A stretch of DNA of 64,000 nucleotides, from IMG/VR virus record IMGVR_UViG_3300047094_002183, positions 2,286 through 66,285 of that record; one strand, 5' to 3'. Shown here piece by piece: positions 1-8,726 of this stretch; the first letter of the stretch is position 1, and every line of letters starts with the position of its first letter. The translations under genes and the position numbers were made by a program. Origin of the DNA: a virus. The notes beneath the pieces are model-generated. The model did not search any database. It was not told the DNA's origin and saw only the letters and a list, made by a program, of their open reading frames with translations.

Positions 1-38
1 GCGCAGACCAGCTCTTTGATATCTTTATCGAGTGCCAT
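1..38 (-). CDS. 5' end of a gene running off the window (MALDKDIKELVCA...), possibly the AAA ATPase that usually accompanies DUF1257/DUF2997
   Basis: ATG at 38-36, 14 nt after the DUF2997-like stop, with the frame open to the window edge. The product is inferred from neighbourhood only. Confidence 0.4.
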   Translation of the reverse strand, partial: MALDKDIKELVC

Positions 39-52
39 TTGTTCCCTTCAGG

Positions 53-244
53 TTAGTTCTGGATTTCGTTCGTCTGGTCGTTGGTCGCGGTGTAATACTC
101 ACCGGTAAACGTCTCGCTCGTCGTGGCGCCCAGCGCGGCTTCAAGCGCACGGGTGGCGTCTTGGCACGAACTGCCGGAGAAGCCGCTGGTTTCAATCTTC
201 GTCTCGCCCTTGGGGCTGATGGTGATCTGGATAGTCTTTGACAT
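53..244 (-). CDS. DUF2997-family small protein
   Basis: MSKTIQITISPKGETKIETSGFSGSSCQDATRALEAALG...TGEYY matches the family pattern recalled from Planctomycetes and cyanobacteria; adjacent to a DUF1257-like gene. Confidence 0.75.
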   Translation of the reverse strand: MSKTIQITISPKGETKIETSGFSGSSCQDATRALEAALGATTSETFTGEYYTATNDQTNEIQN

Positions 245-246
245 GT

Positions 247-612
247 TTAGAAACCCTCCACGCTGATGTTGAGCTTGATCGAACCGTCGTCCAGCGTCTC
301 CTCGTACACCGAGTAGCCGCCCTTCTGGGCCTCATAGATGGCCTTCTCGACCGCGTACGCCTGCAGGAACCGGTCCAGTTCTTCCTGCTTGCCCCACGAG
401 CCGTTGTAGTTGTCGTAATCCAGTGCGCCGGTAGCGAGATTGACAACGACTGGATAATTCCAGTCCTTCAGCTTGACACCAAGCCCTGTGCGCTGAACGC
501 CAAACACGTTGAACGTGCCGGTCGTGGCAGCCTCAATCCCCAGCCGGCGGCAAGCGGCCTGCACGGCGTCGGCATCTTTCACTTCAGTCTTGATCTGGAC
601 AATGTGCGACAT
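247..612 (-). CDS. DUF1257 (Ycf35-like) protein
   Basis: MSHIVQIKTEVKD..AACRRLG, WNYPVV, YDNYNGSWG and LQAYAVEKA..EA...GY are typical of the planctomycete-type DUF1257 family. Confidence 0.8.
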   Translation of the reverse strand: MSHIVQIKTEVKDADAVQAACRRLGIEAATTGTFNVFGVQRTGLGVKLKDWNYPVVVNLATGALDYDNYNGSWGKQEELDRFLQAYAVEKAIYEAQKGGYSVYEETLDDGSIKLNISVEGF

Positions 613-614
613 TG

Positions 615-923
615 TTACTTTCTTTTTGTTCTAAAGGGGTCTTGAAGCGCAAAAACGATGGTGCATTCAAACTGTTCTGGCTCGATGTAATCGTTTTTGG
701 CGAAACACTGCAGAACATCCACAGCTGTTGCGCGGTTATAAGCGACTTTAAATTGTTTCGGTCCGGCAGGTGTGTCCAACCGATACTCTGTAATATCGTG
801 GAGCGTAACTACCTCCGGGATAGCAATAATGTCTTTGTACTCTTCGCTCAACTTCTTCAGCTTGTCGAGCGCGGTCAAGATGCGTTCTTTGTCTAATTCG
901 TGTTCTGCGTCGGTGTAACTCAT
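615..923 (-). CDS. hypothetical protein
   Basis: 102-aa ATG ORF tightly packed between neighbours, with an ATGA overlap with the upstream gene. Confidence 0.65.
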   Translation of the reverse strand: MSYTDAEHELDKERILTALDKLKKLSEEYKDIIAIPEVVTLHDITEYRLDTPAGPKQFKVAYNRATAVDVLQCFAKNDYIEPEQFECTIVFALQDPFRTKRK

Positions 924-1204
924 GCGTGGCCTATCACTAGTGCAGTTGTTTCAACCCAGACATGGGCGCCGCAACTCAGCGGTTTGTCTGGCGAATAAAA
1001 AACCGTTGACGGCCCACGAATCTCAACTTTGGCGCATCGATACGATTTGTTTCGCCACTGAATAGTTGTGACGGCTGCTTTGTCGCCAGTCTTTTTGTTG
1101 CGGCGAATGATGTGCTGGTTAACGTGAATTCGTTTGATGGTGCCAGCGGGAAAAACGCGGTCACACGTCTCTGCCGGCTCGGTGGGGCATACGGCTGTAG
1201 CCAT
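920..1204 (-). CDS. conserved phage hypothetical protein (IHVNQH...KPLSCGAHVWVET)
   Basis: Start re-called at ATG 1204 (94 aa). The motif resembles a small uncharacterised family seen in large phages. Confidence 0.65.
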   Translation of the reverse strand: MATAVCPTEPAETCDRVFPAGTIKRIHVNQHIIRRNKKTGDKAAVTTIQWRNKSYRCAKVEIRGPSTVFYSPDKPLSCGAHVWVETTALVIGHA

Positions 1205-1362
1205 AAGAACTCCTAAGCGATTCAAGCGTGAATCGCGATGCGGCGGACAGAAGATCCGCGCGATAAAGATATCTAGCCCGCCGCCGCCTTTGGGGTATGC
1301 TGGCCGCTTTATCAGTGCGGGGCAGGCCAAAGGCGGCTGAGCGGGTAGACAGGGAGATGAGC

Positions 1363-2211
1363 TTAGCGGCTCACAGCGTAAACACTGCCCAGCTGCTTGT
1401 GGGTCGACAGAATCTCTTCTGCCGTCTCGTAGCAGCCGTCGCACGCGGCCAGAAACGCACCGGCAGCCGTCAGCTGCGCCATCGGCAGCGTGGTCGACTT
1501 TCCGCCAGTCACGACGGGCCGCTTGGGCGTGGCTCGCGGCGGCTCGGCCGCGGGCTGGCGCTTCGCCTTTCCGGCAATCCGGCTCTTTTCTTCGACGCCG
1601 GCGGCAACCTTCTTGCCGCGCGGAGCGCCGCCCAGACCAGCCTTCTTCAAAAGCTGGCTAACTTGCGCCGGGCTGACTTCAATCTTGCGCTTGGCCAGCG
1701 CCGCCACAATGTCAACGCCGCGCATCGAATCACCAGCGCGCTTACGCTTTTCAATTTCATCACGGATGTGATCAGCACCACTTTTCTTCTCGGACATAAC
1801 TACCTTCCTGTTTTTGGCTCCGGTTGTAGCCGGCGCATCTTCTTCGTCGTCGTCCACGGTGGCGGCGACTTCATTTTCCGTTTCTGCGACGGTGTCGTCA
1901 TCCGAGTCGGACTCTTCATCTTCCTCGTCAAACTCTTCGTCGTCATCGTCATTGCCGGACTCGTCGCTTTCGGCCAAAGCCTCTTCGGCAACAAGTTCGG
2001 CGTCGTCTTCGTCGGTAACGGTCACTTCTTCAGTGTCGTCGCCGTCTTCCAACTCATCATCGACGTCCGAGTCGACAGCATCATCATCTTCGGTCTGCAT
2101 CCGTGTGACCTTTTTCTTTTTGTCGTCAGTTGCTTGCCGCACTGACGACGCGAGTGGCTTTCCCCACATGTTTTCTGACATTGTGAAAGCTTCAGCGCTT
2201 TTCTTTGGCAT
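1363..2211 (-). CDS. protein with a long acidic N-terminal tract and a basic, nucleoid-associated-like C-terminal domain
   Basis: GGAGA Shine-Dalgarno before ATG 2211. A D/E-rich stretch is followed by KSGADHIRD...DIVAALAKRKIEVSPAQVSQL and a K/R/A/P-rich tail. Confidence 0.65.
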   Translation of the reverse strand: MPKKSAEAFTMSENMWGKPLASSVRQATDDKKKKVTRMQTEDDDAVDSDVDDELEDGDDTEEVTVTDEDDAELVAEEALAESDESGNDDDDEEFDEEDEESDSDDDTVAETENEVAATVDDDEEDAPATTGAKNRKVVMSEKKSGADHIRDEIEKRKRAGDSMRGVDIVAALAKRKIEVSPAQVSQLLKKAGLGGAPRGKKVAAGVEEKSRIAGKAKRQPAAEPPRATPKRPVVTGGKSTTLPMAQLTAAGAFLAACDGCYETAEEILSTHKQLGSVYAVSR

Positions 2212-2336
2212 TTTTATCTCCAGTCGTACCGCGCCCAAAACTTTTCGGGCATCCATGCGGCTAAATACACAATACGCCGCAAAAATCAAAAATCAACACC
2301 CCGATAGAATTTACGTAAACTGCCCGTAAATCAGGG

Positions 2337-2753
2337 TTATTGGTTGCCGACAACTTTGTCGCGCGGCGCATCTATTGGGGCGCTAGTTGTCAGCACAACA
2401 TCGTTGTCAGGAATCTGACAGTTGGGTCCGCGCAGGCGGCCTGTGTTGAGTTCGGGCCATTTTTCTAACGAGTGTATGGCACCCAGAATATTCCACGCGG
2501 CGTGACCCAGATGGTCTTCGTCTTGGTTGCCCGCTAAAAATTTGTACACGTGGGCAATAGCATGATTTAGCAGGTCGCTCACTGGCATGCCGTTTTCCCA
2601 ATTGTGGGCGCCGAATTTTTCAGCTCCCTCGGCGTACGTTTTGGCCAGCGCGTGCAGCCCAATTGGCGAAATCAGATCGTATCGAACGGTATCGCAATCT
2701 GCGCTGCGGACAGCGCCGCTGGCGTATTCATGCCGCTCTTCTGTCATCATCAA
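2337..2753 (-). CDS. dATP/dGTP diphosphohydrolase-domain protein (DUF5664 family)
   Basis: SGAVRS, RYDLISP, EGAEKFGAHNWENGMP and EDHLGHAAWN motifs. Confidence 0.85.
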   Translation of the reverse strand: MMMTEERHEYASGAVRSADCDTVRYDLISPIGLHALAKTYAEGAEKFGAHNWENGMPVSDLLNHAIAHVYKFLAGNQDEDHLGHAAWNILGAIHSLEKWPELNTGRLRGPNCQIPDNDVVLTTSAPIDAPRDKVVGNQ

Positions 2754-3097
2754 TCCTTTACGGGTTGAAATGCAAAATAAAATCTCGGCGCAGCAACGAA
2801 GAGCACAGTGCCGCGTACGGCGTCTGCTTTTCGTATAACGTGGACATACGGCGGCTCAAAATGCGAGATTTCAAAAATATCTAGCAGTTGTTCGCTGGTC
2901 CACACATTTTGGTCATTGGTCTGCGGGGCATTTGGGTACGCGGCTTCTAATATTGCGCGCACTTCGCCCGCATCCATATTGGCGAAACGATTATCTAACA
3001 AGTGCGTTAGCGCGGCGCTGGCATCAGCGGCAACGTCGATATTTGTTGTCCGCGGTTTTGTCCGGCTAGGCTGGGTCATTGGTTTGGGTTGTTGCAA
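2750..3097 (-). CDS. hypothetical protein
   Basis: Packed ORF with a C-terminal WTSEQL..F....F.PPYV.V.RK.D..RGT..F...PRFYF motif typical of a small phage family; start uncertain. Confidence 0.6.
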   Translation of the reverse strand: MQQPKPMTQPSRTKPRTTNIDVAADASAALTHLLDNRFANMDAGEVRAILEAAYPNAPQTNDQNVWTSEQLLDIFEISHFEPPYVHVIRKADAVRGTVLFVAAPRFYFAFQPVKD

Positions 3098-3455
3098 TTT
3101 TGTTCAATTCTTCAGTGTGTTCTTGAATCTTGGTGTGCAGTTCAACAGCGTAATGCTGGAAGAATTTCAGCTGCCCGACGAGATCTTTATGGACTTCGCC
3201 GCTAAAATTGGCTAACTGCCCCAAAAGAGTGATGAGGCTGACGTAATAGGGCGGCTGTGTATTGCGTAATTGCAGCAGACCGGCCGGCATTTTTTCTGGT
3301 TTGTTTTCCCACACAGGAATAATAGCAATTCCGTGGAGTTCTGGAATTGTGCGCAGGACGTCAACGCAGAACTCTTCAGTTTTTTTGATGAATTCTGCGT
3401 CGAACGGCAAACGGCTGACGGGAATTTCGGTCTGAGGCTGGGCTTGGGCGTCCAT
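3066..3455 (-). CDS. hypothetical protein
   Basis: 129-aa ATG ORF with an AGGA Shine-Dalgarno-like sequence and a coiled-coil-like C-terminus. Confidence 0.65.
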   Translation of the reverse strand: MDAQAQPQTEIPVSRLPFDAEFIKKTEEFCVDVLRTIPELHGIAIIPVWENKPEKMPAGLLQLRNTQPPYYVSLITLLGQLANFSGEVHKDLVGQLKFFQHYAVELHTKIQEHTEELNKIATTQTNDPA

Positions 3456-3466
3456 GCTTGTCCTTG

Positions 3467-3811
3467 TTATTGGGTATATCGCATTCGTTCTGGGAGCAGG
3501 CCGTCAATGATATTGCCGAGCCGCGTTGCCGCAAGACCGTAGATCACGAGTTTTATCGCGCCGCCCAGAATACCGCCTACCCAGTTCCCTGCCAAGAGCA
3601 GCAAAAACAGGTAGATAGGTATGTGATATGACTTGCAAAATGGACATCCAATCCATTCGAGCACGTAGCCTTTAAGCGTGTTGTGCGGCGTGACGTCCTG
3701 CAATGCTTGAGTGTAGGCGCGCATCAACGCAAAAATTGAACCCTTATGCCACACCTCGATGACCGCGCCAGCTGCAAATACAACAGCAAAAAAGTCAAAG
3801 TATGAAATCAT
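3467..3811 (-). CDS. membrane protein with a CxxC motif (DUF1360-like)
   Basis: Start re-called at ATG 3811 (ATGA overlap with the upstream stop). Hydrophobic segments flank WIGCPFCKSYH. Confidence 0.6.
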   Translation of the reverse strand: MISYFDFFAVVFAAGAVIEVWHKGSIFALMRAYTQALQDVTPHNTLKGYVLEWIGCPFCKSYHIPIYLFLLLLAGNWVGGILGGAIKLVIYGLAATRLGNIIDGLLPERMRYTQ

Positions 3812-4035
3812 GGCAGCTCTTTTCTTTTCCTTCTGCGGGCTTGTTTGAGTTTTTGTGCGGCTTCTTGTTCGCCTTGCCGAAACCCGGACATAGCAGCAGA
3901 CATACAATAGATCACAAAACCGACAACAATAAAGCCGCTGATGCCCATAGCGCGATAATTAACGGCAGCGCTAACTAATAACGCAGCGGCAATACTCATG
4001 AAAACAGTATGCGTTACGTTGAATTCGGGAGACAT
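3808..4035 (-). CDS. small membrane protein
   Basis: Two hydrophobic helices and a basic C-terminal tail. Confidence 0.6.
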   Translation of the reverse strand: MSPEFNVTHTVFMSIAAALLVSAAVNYRAMGISGFIVVGFVIYCMSAAMSGFRQGEQEAAQKLKQARRRKRKELP

Positions 4036-4041
4036 TAAATG

Positions 4042-4269
4042 TCATTCTGCGTACTGATCGCCAAATGGCCATACGCGCGTTCTACCCGTATCTGCCGGTG
4101 TGCAGCTTTGTTGTGTAGTTTGCGCGTCGGCGTACGGCGGTTCGAGGTTTAAATGGTTAACTGCGTTATCCGGTAGATAAACGCGGGGACCCGGACCACG
4201 CAATGTGCTCTGGAAAATTGGTTGTCGGCGTTCTTGATACAGTTTTGCTGATCGGCCAATCTGTGGCAT
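4042..4269 (-). CDS. hypothetical protein
   Basis: AAGGAG Shine-Dalgarno before ATG 4269; 75 aa. Confidence 0.55.
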   Translation of the reverse strand: MPQIGRSAKLYQERRQPIFQSTLRGPGPRVYLPDNAVNHLNLEPPYADAQTTQQSCTPADTGRTRVWPFGDQYAE

Positions 4270-4333
4270 AATTTGCTCCTTAAACTGCAGCGGCTCACCG
4301 TCTAGTATACCGTTGCAGTTGCGTGGGTTGTAG

Positions 4334-4660
4334 TTACTGTGGCGGCAACGCCTTCACAGTGATATACGGCAGCCGCTTTTGCTTCGCGCGAATTGCGGTG
4401 CGGGGCTGCGGGGGCAACACAAATACCGTAATCTGTTGCGGTATTTCTTTGGGCCGTTGTTTTGTTTTGTTGAACAAAGTGACAACCCCCACACACGCAA
4501 GCCAAAGACTGTAGGCGATTTCACACAGGCCGCATACAATCATTTGGACGTACAGCACCGCAAATTGGCCTAGAATGCCGCAGCTATCTTCCACCCATTG
4601 CAGTTCCGGCTCATTGGCTTCTGAATATACGCGATTTCTCGCGTGTCTATATTTACGCAT
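4334..4660 (-). CDS. hypothetical membrane-associated protein
   Basis: ATG at 4660-4658 (MRKYRHAR..., 108 aa) with a central hydrophobic stretch; abuts the terminase ATG (CATATG). Confidence 0.45.
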   Translation of the reverse strand: MRKYRHARNRVYSEANEPELQWVEDSCGILGQFAVLYVQMIVCGLCEIAYSLWLACVGVVTLFNKTKQRPKEIPQQITVFVLPPQPRTAIRAKQKRLPYITVKALPPQ

Positions 4661-6592
4661 ATGGCACCAAAAATAGTGCGAGGTAAGTCCTCGCTGGATA
4701 AAAAGCAGGCGCTTGATATACCGACAGCCGGTATTCAAGCTCTTATCGACGATCTTCTGTCAATCGACGCGACTGATCAAGCGTCTGTACACGCTAAAGC
4801 AGCCGTCATGCGGGAGTTGGCGGGGCGGCACGCGTTCCCGTCCCTTGAACCATTACTTCCGCTTGTACTGAATCTTAATGGTCGCCCGTACACTATTAAG
4901 GACCATTTCGCTTTTTCGCCTTTATTCCGCGTCTTGACACCGAAAAACCAAGTGTGGTGCACCGGGCGTCAGGTATCAAAATCGACATCGCTCGCGGCGC
5001 ATGGCGTAGTGTTCGCCAACTCTGTGCCGTTTTTCAAAACATTGTATATCACTCCTCGGTTTGAGCAGGTGCGAAGGTTTAGTAACAACTACGTACGTCC
5101 GTTTATTGACCTGTCTCCGATTAAATCGCAGTGGAGCGGTACAAGTACGGAGAATTCTGTATTGCAGCGTTCGTTCAAGAACAACTCAATGATGTTGTTC
5201 AGTTTCGCGCTGCTCGATGCCGATAGAGTCCGCGGTGTGTCTGCTGACCGCGTGTGCATCGACGAGGTTCAGGACATGGACCCAGACCATGTACCTATCA
5301 TTCAAGAAACAATGTCGTATAGTCGCTGGGGCACTAGTTATTACACGGGCACGCCGAAGACCCTCGACAACTTAATTTACGGATTATACAAGCGCTCATC
5401 GCAAGCCGAATGGTTTATACCTTGTGATTCATGCAAGCACTGGAACATCCCAGCGCTTGAGCATGATCTTGACGCCATGATCGGCGACTACAGCATTCAT
5501 ATCAGCGAGAAGCACCCGGGCACTGTCTGCGCGAAATGCCGCAAGCCGATCAACCCGCGGCACGGGCGATGGGTGCATAGATACCCCGAGCGCCGCTGGC
5601 AGTTTGCTGGCTACCACGTTCCGCAGATTATTCTGCCGTTGCACTTTGCCGACCCGGAAAAGTGGTCGACTTTGTTATTAAAACGGGAGGGGTATGGCAA
5701 CATGACCCAAGCCCAGTTCTACAACGAAGTCATGGGCGAAAGCGTTGACACCGGGCAGAAGCTCATCAGCGAAACGGATTTGAAGGCTGCGTGTGTGCTG
5801 GACTGGGAAAACAAGAAAGAACCCGATCCCAAGTGCTACAAAAACTTGGCAGACTACAAGCACCGCATTCTAGCCATTGACTGGGGCGGCGGCGGCGAAG
5901 CTGGTATTAGCTTCACTGTGCTCACCGCAATGGGTTTCCGCCCAGACGGCACAATCGACGTGCTGTGGTCCAAGCGGCTACTTATCGGCGGCGATCACTT
6001 GGCCGAAGCCGTGGAGTGCATGAAGTGGTCGAACTTCTTCAAGTGCGACTTCGTGACGCATGACTACACAGGCGCCGGCACTGTCCGTGAGACAGTAATG
6101 GTTCAAGCCGGGTTTAATCTTGACCGCGTCATGGCAATGCGGCTTGTTCGGTCGGCGGCGCAGGATCTGCTGGTGTACAAACCGCCGACCGAGATTAATC
6201 ACCGCGCCCATTACAGTATCGACAAGACTAGATCGCTGCTGTACACCTGCCAAGCTATCAAACTGAAACAAGTCCGGTTTTTTCAGTACGACTGGGCGTC
6301 GCAGGATATGCCGGGTTTAATCTCTGACTTCTTGGCGCTTGTCGAAAACAAAGCGGACTCCCGAACCAGTAGTGATATTTATACCATTACCCGGAACACG
6401 CTTCTCACCGACGACTTTGCACAGGCCGTGAATCTTGGCTGCGCTGCGCTCTGGCACATCAATGACGCGTGGCCCAACTTTGCCGCTATTGCCGGCGTAG
6501 CGCGGATTACGCCACGACAGGCTGCCGCGGAGCGCATCGACGATGACGACTGGGCCGATGACGCAATTAGCGGCCGGTATATGGGCTACTAG
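4661..6592 (+). CDS. terL: terminase large subunit (GpA-like)
   Basis: Walker A-like GRQVSKST, Walker B VCIDEVQD, coupling motif GTPK, CxxC...CxxC zinc module and RNase H-like LAIDWGG...DDFAQA. Start at ATG 4661 preferred over GTG 4643. Confidence 0.9.
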   Translation: MAPKIVRGKSSLDKKQALDIPTAGIQALIDDLLSIDATDQASVHAKAAVMRELAGRHAFPSLEPLLPLVLNLNGRPYTIKDHFAFSPLFRVLTPKNQVWCTGRQVSKSTSLAAHGVVFANSVPFFKTLYITPRFEQVRRFSNNYVRPFIDLSPIKSQWSGTSTENSVLQRSFKNNSMMLFSFALLDADRVRGVSADRVCIDEVQDMDPDHVPIIQETMSYSRWGTSYYTGTPKTLDNLIYGLYKRSSQAEWFIPCDSCKHWNIPALEHDLDAMIGDYSIHISEKHPGTVCAKCRKPINPRHGRWVHRYPERRWQFAGYHVPQIILPLHFADPEKWSTLLLKREGYGNMTQAQFYNEVMGESVDTGQKLISETDLKAACVLDWENKKEPDPKCYKNLADYKHRILAIDWGGGGEAGISFTVLTAMGFRPDGTIDVLWSKRLLIGGDHLAEAVECMKWSNFFKCDFVTHDYTGAGTVRETVMVQAGFNLDRVMAMRLVRSAAQDLLVYKPPTEINHRAHYSIDKTRSLLYTCQAIKLKQVRFFQYDWASQDMPGLISDFLALVENKADSRTSSDIYTITRNTLLTDDFAQAVNLGCAALWHINDAWPNFAAIAGVARITPRQAAAERIDDDDWADDAISGRYMGY

Positions 6593-6915
6593 TAGATCCG
6601 CCAGCAGTAGTTGCGCAGATATTCTTTTACTATCGCAATGTCGCGAATTGGCGTGGCTTCGATATTCCGCACCACGACTAACGCAGCGTCGTGCATGGCA
6701 TTTGCAGCTTCTGTGCAATCCATACTACTGGTGTATAGATCCCAGCCAGCGCCTGTTCTCGGAATTGCTGGGCCTTTACCGTGTACGGCGGCATCCAGCA
6801 AGCTTTGAAATACGCCATCTGGTTCTGTGTCATTTGCGCCGAACGAACGATACTTGCTTTGGATTTGCTCAAACTCTTTAATCCACGCTTTAATCGCCTC
6901 CAGCGGTACCACCAT
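6589..6915 (-). CDS. hypothetical protein
   Basis: Start re-called at ATG 6915 (108 aa); its stop shares CTAG with the terminase stop. Confidence 0.55.
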   Translation of the reverse strand: MVVPLEAIKAWIKEFEQIQSKYRSFGANDTEPDGVFQSLLDAAVHGKGPAIPRTGAGWDLYTSSMDCTEAANAMHDAALVVVRNIEATPIRDIAIVKEYLRNYCWRIY

Positions 6916-7333
6916 CTCTGCCGATTTCGTCGAGGAGTTTTCCAAGATTTTTGCCCTTTTCTGTGATCGAGAACGCAAATGCGCCCTTATCGATGTCGAA
7001 TTCAGCGTCAAGCAAACCGCGCTTTACGCCGGCGTGCAGTACATTTGACATAATGCGCTCGCCAAGCGCGTGCATCATTTTCAGCATCTTCTGTTTGTAC
7101 TCAGTTTCGGTGTCGGCGCCGATTCCGAATTCATGCTCTGTAACAATATTACAGTGCTCTTTGATGATGTTAATTGTTTCTTGCGTAGATAAAAACTCTT
7201 TCATGTGCTCGGTCATTTGCGGCAGTTTTTCCTCGCACATTTTTTCAAGAAATCGGTGAAAGCCGTGCAGTGCCAGATTTCGGACTTCTTCTACGCCTGT
7301 ATGCGTGTGGTGCGTGTCATTGTCGTCAAGCAT
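6890..7333 (-). CDS. hypothetical protein
   Basis: 147-aa ORF with an AGGAG Shine-Dalgarno; the C-terminus is winged-helix-like (GLLDAEF...FSITEKGK). Confidence 0.65.
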   Translation of the reverse strand: MLDDNDTHHTHTGVEEVRNLALHGFHRFLEKMCEEKLPQMTEHMKEFLSTQETINIIKEHCNIVTEHEFGIGADTETEYKQKMLKMMHALGERIMSNVLHAGVKRGLLDAEFDIDKGAFAFSITEKGKNLGKLLDEIGRDGGTAGGD

Positions 7334-7640
7334 TGATGTTCTCCTGCAAACGGGCGGCAGCGACAGCAGCGTCGTAGCGACCCTTGGCCAGAATACGGTC
7401 GCGGGCGGCGTGCCGCAACTTGGTGAGGTGCGCGGCGTAGCTATCGTCGGTGTGGACCAGCGCTTCGGCGCTGGAAAAGCTGTGCGGCTTCCCGGTCAGC
7501 TTGTTGTCGCCGCTGCCCATGATGTACTCGATGGCGTTCAGCTTGACGACGTGCCGGTTGTCTTCCAGCTCCATTTCGTGGACGACGGCGTCGGCCAGTG
7601 TGACAGCGGCTTGTTCGATCTTGTTTGCGTAATTACTCAT
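7326..7640 (-). CDS. hypothetical helical protein
   Basis: 104-aa ATG ORF coupled by overlaps to both neighbours. Confidence 0.65.
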   Translation of the reverse strand: MSNYANKIEQAAVTLADAVVHEMELEDNRHVVKLNAIEYIMGSGDNKLTGKPHSFSSAEALVHTDDSYAAHLTKLRHAARDRILAKGRYDAAVAAARLQENINA

Positions 7641-7924
7641 TGGTCTTCTTCCTTATCGTATTTGTTAGCTAGTGCTTCAACAACTTGTTCTATATCGGAA
7701 ATCGCCGTGTCAAAGCGGCGGATTACTTCATCGGGATTGGCGGACTCGTCTGCCGCTTCAAATAACAAAAAAGCGAACAGCGTGTCACCACAATCGAGAA
7801 TGCCTTCGCGCCCACCCATGCGTTCTTTGTAGGCGGCAAACGTTTCGTTTTCTTCTGGCGGAAACAGTGCCAATAGGTCCGACCCGGGATACGCGTCATA
7901 GATATCTTTAGGCGTGACGGTCAT
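7637..7924 (-). CDS. small hypothetical protein, paralogous to the N-terminus of 8727-10361
   Basis: IYDAYPGSDLL...ETFAAYKERMGG...GDTLFAFLLFE aligns by eye with the N-terminal ~95 aa of the cadherin-like protein. Confidence 0.7.
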   Translation of the reverse strand: MTVTPKDIYDAYPGSDLLALFPPEENETFAAYKERMGGREGILDCGDTLFAFLLFEAADESANPDEVIRRFDTAISDIEQVVEALANKYDKEEDQ

Positions 7925-8652
7925 TCAGCGCATACTCCTCCCACGAGCCATTGTTCGCCGTGGTCAACTGTCTTTGTAGCGTAGAGCTTCTCTGCGAGCT
8001 TTTCGTCTAAAGTCCGCAACTTCTGTGCCGCTATGTCCGCGGCAGCTCGCAGCCCGTGGCGCTGAAAGCCGCAAACCTTTAGCGACTTCAGCATCTCGTT
8101 TGTGATTCGCTCTTTTGTGGCGCCAATCACAGCCAGCGAATCGCGAAATGTGTTTTCTGCCGTACGCGCCGCGTCGTGTTTTGCGCGCCACGTGTCGTAG
8201 ACCTTGGCGAATCGTGCGCGTTGTGCCGGCGTGAGCTGGTCGGCAATAAGCATTCGGCGCGTGTAGTCTGGCGCAGCGAGTACGCTAATTGCGCAACGCA
8301 GGCCGTACGTACAATCAGACGCGTCGGTGATGATGACAGCGCAGTTGTATTCTTTGCTCGGCTTGCCTTGAAACGTCGGCTCTTTCGTCTTCTCTTCGCG
8401 GCGATCTTTGTACTTGACCGCGACCGCGTTGCCCCATTTCTCGCAGACACCGTCGAGATAGTCGTCTGCTTCGCGTTGTGTCTCAAACACGCGGTTACCG
8501 ACCGTGATTCCGTGCAGCGTTGAGAAGGTGCCGTTGTAGGCGTTGCTGCCGTATTCGTCGCGCAGTGACTCGACACGCGCGTTATATGCTTTCTCTAATT
8601 CTTTCGGTGTTAGCTTTCCGTCAAAAACTTCGGTGTGAAAACACGCGCCCAT
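7921..8652 (-). CDS. hypothetical protein
   Basis: 243 aa, GGAG Shine-Dalgarno; the N-terminal MGA....EYG...YNGT and terminal W.VGG.CAE motifs resemble a phage family. Confidence 0.7.
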   Translation of the reverse strand: MGACFHTEVFDGKLTPKELEKAYNARVESLRDEYGSNAYNGTFSTLHGITVGNRVFETQREADDYLDGVCEKWGNAVAVKYKDRREEKTKEPTFQGKPSKEYNCAVIITDASDCTYGLRCAISVLAAPDYTRRMLIADQLTPAQRARFAKVYDTWRAKHDAARTAENTFRDSLAVIGATKERITNEMLKSLKVCGFQRHGLRAAADIAAQKLRTLDEKLAEKLYATKTVDHGEQWLVGGVCAE

Positions 8653-8726
8653 TGTTACTCCGGGGTGGTGAGGTCATTATTGGCCTGTTGTTTTTTGCGC
8701 GGCGCGGTAGGCCGATCACGCATAGA

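Noticed and set aside
1297-2329. + strand ORFs of 282 and 171 aa (Ser-rich or Val/Phe-rich)
   Set aside because: They are antisense shadows of the acidic protein's GAC/GAA codons.
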